DNA of 32,000 nucleotides from Candidatus Helarchaeota ASGARD archaeon Hel_GB_B (GTDB lineage Archaea; Asgardarchaeota; Lokiarchaeia; Helarchaeales; HEL-GB-B): NCBI GenBank assembly GCA_005191425.1, contig SUPR01000022.1, positions 7,494 to 39,493 of the forward strand, read 5' to 3'. Shown piece by piece: positions 28,050 to 32,000 of this stretch (position 1 is its first letter; each line of letters starts with the position of its first letter). The notes under the pieces were generated by a model. It saw only the letters and a program-made list of their open reading frames with translations, ran no database searches and was not told where the DNA came from. The position numbers and the translations under genes were made by a program.

Positions 28050-29459
28050 TTATTTAGAGGCAGACAAATTTCTTAAGCCATTTAATAATAATTTATGTAA
28101 ATAAAATTTTGTTAATGATGTTTTAATAAGGTTAAATGCAAATTTAGGAAACTTAAGTATAAAATGCTTGATATATAAATTTTTCATTATATTTTTAAGG
28201 ACTTTTGGGTTCGTATCGGATAATTTAAATTCGAAATTCATCCAATCTAAGCCCCAATCCTCTAATTTCAATGGTGGATTAAAAAGTCCATTTTTAATGA
28301 CATAATCATAAAGAAAAGTCCCCGGATATGGAACAAAGATTTTAACCAAAAGATTATCAGGCATTAATTTGTAAATAAATTTCCTTGTAAGTAGTAAATC
28401 AGTCTGTTTTTCGGTCGGAAGACCTAGAATAAACGATGTTGAACTTTTAATTTTTACTTTTTTACATAGATTAACTGCGTCCATTGCTTGTTGAAGCGTA
28501 ATGTCTTTTTTAATAAAATTCAAAATTCTTGGTGAACCTGACTCAATTCCAAAATAAATTTGATTACAACCAGCAATCTTTAATAATCTTGCCATATTTC
28601 TGGTTAAAAGGTCAACTCGACAATCTATAGCGAATGTTATATCTAATTTATTTTTATATATATTTCTACAAATATCCATTACCCGTTTATTATTCACAAC
28701 AAAATTATCGTCCCTAAAATTAATTTTATCTATTTTAAATTTCTCCTTTAAAAAAGAAATCTCTTCAATTACTCTGTCAGCGCTTTTTGACCGCCATTTT
28801 CTATTGTTGAATATCGTATTATAGCAAAAGCCACACCTAAACGGACAACCTCGAGAAGTCTGGATTGAAAAAATTTCAGATGCGTTATTTTCCCAGCCCA
28901 TTAAAGTATTTTTATATTTTCTAACATCTATAAGTTCCCAAGCTGGAAATGGAAGCGAATCTAAATCCTCTATAAATTTTCTGGGCGCATTTTCTCTGAT
29001 TTTAATTCCATCATCTTTTGTTTCTTTCCAAATAAGTCCCTTAACATTTTCTAAATTTCGGTGATTTTCAATGGAATTGGCCAAATCAACTATTGTTTCC
29101 TCACCCTCCCCAACAACTACCATATCAATTTTAGAATTTTTAATAGTTTGAATTGGTAATAACGATGGATGAATTCCACCCCAAACTATAGGTATACCTT
29201 GATCATGGTAATACCCAGACATTCTTAATGCATCTAAAATCATTGGCCCCGTAAATGATGTTATACCTACCATTTCAGGATCAAATTTTTTACATTCTTT
29301 AAATCCATCATTCTCAACATTATGGTCATAAATCATAACTTTATGTCCAGCTTCCCTTAAAACAGAAGCCAAACTTAATAGCCCCAATGGTGCTGCTGCA
29401 GCTATCGTAATACCTTTACTATAATTACGAGTTGTTGGATTGATAAGTAATATTCGCAT
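28050..29459 (-). CDS. Cobalamin-binding radical SAM enzyme (class B methylase / BchE-like)
   Basis: APLGLLSLA and GGIHPS (B12 domain), GEGEE, TSRGCPFRCGFC, FRDDNF, FGIESG, ILGLPTE, PYPGT. Confidence 0.92.
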   Translation of the reverse strand: MRILLINPTTRNYSKGITIAAAAPLGLLSLASVLREAGHKVMIYDHNVENDGFKECKKFDPEMVGITSFTGPMILDALRMSGYYHDQGIPIVWGGIHPSLLPIQTIKNSKIDMVVVGEGEETIVDLANSIENHRNLENVKGLIWKETKDDGIKIRENAPRKFIEDLDSLPFPAWELIDVRKYKNTLMGWENNASEIFSIQTSRGCPFRCGFCYNTIFNNRKWRSKSADRVIEEISFLKEKFKIDKINFRDDNFVVNNKRVMDICRNIYKNKLDITFAIDCRVDLLTRNMARLLKIAGCNQIYFGIESGSPRILNFIKKDITLQQAMDAVNLCKKVKIKSSTSFILGLPTEKQTDLLLTRKFIYKLMPDNLLVKIFVPYPGTFLYDYVIKNGLFNPPLKLEDWGLDWMNFEFKLSDTNPKVLKNIMKNLYIKHFILKFPKFAFNLIKTSLTKFYLHKLLLNGLRNLSASK

Positions 29460-29749
29460 ATAAACCGATTTTTACTTCCTTTTTTTAGATTATTAATCTT
29501 TCTTAATGCTTTTTTCATATGAAAAACTAATAGAAAAAGATCACTTTAAAAAATAAATTAATTGAACATATCCTCTAAAAAAACTACTTTTAAAATACAT
29601 TTAGCATAAAAACAACTATAAATCTACATAAAACATCATAATAAATTAAACCTAAATAAAAAAAATAGCAATTCGAAATTTAATAACATATTGATTTTGG
29701 CATTGAAATTAAGTTCCCCTTGATTATAAAAAAAGAAAAAATATAATTT

Positions 29750-31882
29750 CTAGGTCTGAGGAACAGGGACATCTAGGAATTCAAAAGAAATCCAGACTTT
29801 AAAGTCACCGATTTTAACCTGCATCTTACCATTAGTAATGTCAATTGTTAGGTCATTATCCTGATAGTAATCATCATATAATCTCGAACATAATTCATGA
29901 TCGGAACTTGATATTGTTTCAGAGATGTTTTTATAACTGACATTATTCAATTTTATTGGTGGTGGATTAGCAGTATAGTTTTTTGTAATATTAGCGATGT
30001 TAATGTGATATTTTGGATTATAATTAATGGATACAAGTCCGCCCAAAGCATTGACTGAACAGCCATCCGGGTCGTCAAAATAGATACTATATTCTAAATA
30101 AGTAATATTAATTGAGAAATCGAATGGGTTATATATAGTTGCATTGACATAAGCGTTCATTGAATAAGAAATTGATGGATACGAACTCCAATCGACTTTT
30201 AACTCAATGAAATTTAATCTTACTTGAGTTATCAAATCGTCATGGATACCCGTCAAGTTGACTATTGAATTATAAGATGTGTTCACAGTACTTTTCATTC
30301 CGTCCACCTTAATGTTAATAGTCCCATTTAGTACGAGTTCGATGGTATTTCTATTAATATGCTGGGACAGGAGGTCTTCGACAGCACTCATATTTTTTTC
30401 ACCAGATATTATGATTTGGACGGGAATGTTACTATTTCCGGGAATTAAATTAATTGATTTAGCAGTAAGGTTTCCAATCCATTCGGTCTTATAAGTCGTG
30501 TTTAATGTTGCATTTAAGGACACAGATAAGGGGGTTGGATTATTTACCATAAGAGTGGCATTTAAGGTTAGAGTTTTTGCAGTTGAGTTGGTCAAACTAA
30601 TACTATTTATTCCATAATTAAAGGGAGGACTAGCAGGAAGAGTTATGTTCTTTTTATATCCATCGACCATATTAGAAATCACATTAGAGCCGTTAGCGAC
30701 ACCAATAAAAGTAATATTAATTTCTGTCCCAGACAAGTAATTAGTTAAGATATTAGATAATAAAGTTGCATTGGTCAATGTAAATGTTACATTTACCAAA
30801 TATTTTTCAGTCCCGCTATAAACAGTTAAATTTGGAAATGAGACTGTACCAAGTTGTTCACCATTGTAGGAGGTATTAAAATAGATATTAGAGATATTAA
30901 CAGGTCCACTTGTTGGGTTATATATTTCCAACATGACATCTAAGTCAAATGAATCATTTGAGCAATCAGTTAGATTTATTGCTAAAATTACGCAATCAAA
31001 TGCTTCCAGACCTGGCATTAAAACAGACAAATTTAATTTACTAATATAATACAATAATATATTATTTTTACTGGGAATTCCGGTAATGTTTAATAAGATA
31101 TCAGTATTGTTTAATAGCTGGTCTACCATATTATCAAAACGCGTAGAATTTACAAGAGAAACTATGCCAATTATGGTGATATTTTTAATACCTTCTTGAA
31201 TTGAAAGTTGAGGTATTATAAGTTCACCTAAAATTTCATTTTGCCATGAAATATTAAAATGGACATCATTTAAGTTGAGTTTTAGAGTGGACGGATTTTC
31301 TATTTCAGTCGTTATGTTTGCTCTGAATTTTGTAGAGCTAGCGTTGAGAATAGAAAAACTAACTATTGTAAAATTTAACTGGTTATTCATACCGTTAAGA
31401 GAAATTGTTTTTGAAACAGGCTTGGTTATTGAGAAACCTAAAGCAGTAATAAAAGCATTGCCAGTCAATTCAACTTTAACGGTCGCATTTGTAATGAAAT
31501 CATTGACAAACATATTGAAATTGTTATTATTTTTAACGGTTATATTAACAGTCTGGTTGAAATGAGTTGTGACTCCGGTAATACTTATTTCGGTGATCTG
31601 ACCAGTCCCCAATTCAAGATTTAAATATTTAATAGTAAAAGACATTGGGTGCAATATTGCATTAATTCCAGAAGGGTTTGTAATAGTCCCGCTGATTTTT
31701 ACTTCCATTGTGTCGTTATTAACACCTGAGACTTCGGCGGAATCAACGGAGACATCTGCATTTGCAAGTGCATTGTTACTTTGCATATTAAATATAAACC
31801 ATAGTCCGATACCTAGACCAGAGATGCTTGCTCCTGCAATTATTATAAACAATATTATTGCATTAGTTTTAGTAAACTTCAT
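29750..31882 (-). CDS. N-terminally anchored surface protein with five LEA_2/WHy-like (DUF3712-like) repeats
   Basis: One N-terminal TM helix; repeats ITNPS, IENPS, IYNPT, VNNPT and IYNPF, most followed by an aromatic strand and (L/I)G; more than 30 NxS/T sequons. Confidence 0.8.
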   Translation of the reverse strand: MKFTKTNAIILFIIIAGASISGLGIGLWFIFNMQSNNALANADVSVDSAEVSGVNNDTMEVKISGTITNPSGINAILHPMSFTIKYLNLELGTGQITEISITGVTTHFNQTVNITVKNNNNFNMFVNDFITNATVKVELTGNAFITALGFSITKPVSKTISLNGMNNQLNFTIVSFSILNASSTKFRANITTEIENPSTLKLNLNDVHFNISWQNEILGELIIPQLSIQEGIKNITIIGIVSLVNSTRFDNMVDQLLNNTDILLNITGIPSKNNILLYYISKLNLSVLMPGLEAFDCVILAINLTDCSNDSFDLDVMLEIYNPTSGPVNISNIYFNTSYNGEQLGTVSFPNLTVYSGTEKYLVNVTFTLTNATLLSNILTNYLSGTEINITFIGVANGSNVISNMVDGYKKNITLPASPPFNYGINSISLTNSTAKTLTLNATLMVNNPTPLSVSLNATLNTTYKTEWIGNLTAKSINLIPGNSNIPVQIIISGEKNMSAVEDLLSQHINRNTIELVLNGTINIKVDGMKSTVNTSYNSIVNLTGIHDDLITQVRLNFIELKVDWSSYPSISYSMNAYVNATIYNPFDFSINITYLEYSIYFDDPDGCSVNALGGLVSINYNPKYHINIANITKNYTANPPPIKLNNVSYKNISETISSSDHELCSRLYDDYYQDNDLTIDITNGKMQVKIGDFKVWISFEFLDVPVPQT

Positions 31883-32000
31883 AGATTTTATTTTAGAATT
31901 TTCATCTTAAAATCTTTATTATTTTAACTAAAGTTCGACACATCAAGTTATCTGAGAATTTATATATAAATCAGACTGGTATATATTAATTTTTTTGTTA

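Noticed and set aside
1373-31910. About 25 short ORFs antisense to or nested in long genes (e.g. 2878-3162, 8006-8485, 11640-11939, 23425-23700, 27496-27762, 31275-31565)
   Set aside because: They overlap well-supported genes completely and show no motifs; this is expected shadow-frame behaviour.
1-32000. CRISPR arrays, IS elements, integrases, rRNA/tRNA genes, selenoprotein TGA read-through
   Set aside because: I saw no regularly spaced repeats, transposase or recombinase motifs or RNA-gene signatures, and no TGA interrupting a recognisable domain.

Overview
AT-rich archaeal chromosomal window, most likely from an Asgard (Loki/Hel-type) archaeon. That assignment is inferred from the Hef, NikR, AOR and archaeosortase genes, GGTGA/GGAGG ribosome-binding sites, TATA/BRE promoters and eukaryote-like domain architectures; there is no marker gene to confirm it. 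It holds about 26 mostly stand-alone genes: an iron-sulfur flavoprotein cut by the left edge and missing from the ORF track, a membrane esterase, QueT, a helicase-only Hef, GyaR, an archaeosortase, an AOR operon with two ferredoxin-like subunits, ThyA, an SDH/ClpP-type protease, a methyltransferase, a ZntA-type ATPase divergent from NikR, IPCT/DIPPS, a Macro-CHAT fusion, MTAP, a B12 radical SAM enzyme and a 5x LEA_2 surface protein. I found no rRNA, tRNA, CRISPR array or transposase. Two candidates stand out. (1) A GC-rich nested-stem 5' leader on queT whose terminal loop is complementary to the Shine-Dalgarno region, i.e. a riboswitch-like pseudoknot that may sense a 7-deazaguanine (preQ0/preQ1). 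(2) A macrodomain fused to an intact caspase-like CHAT protease, a candidate ADP-ribose-gated effector. All family calls come from motifs read by eye; no searches or folding programs were run.
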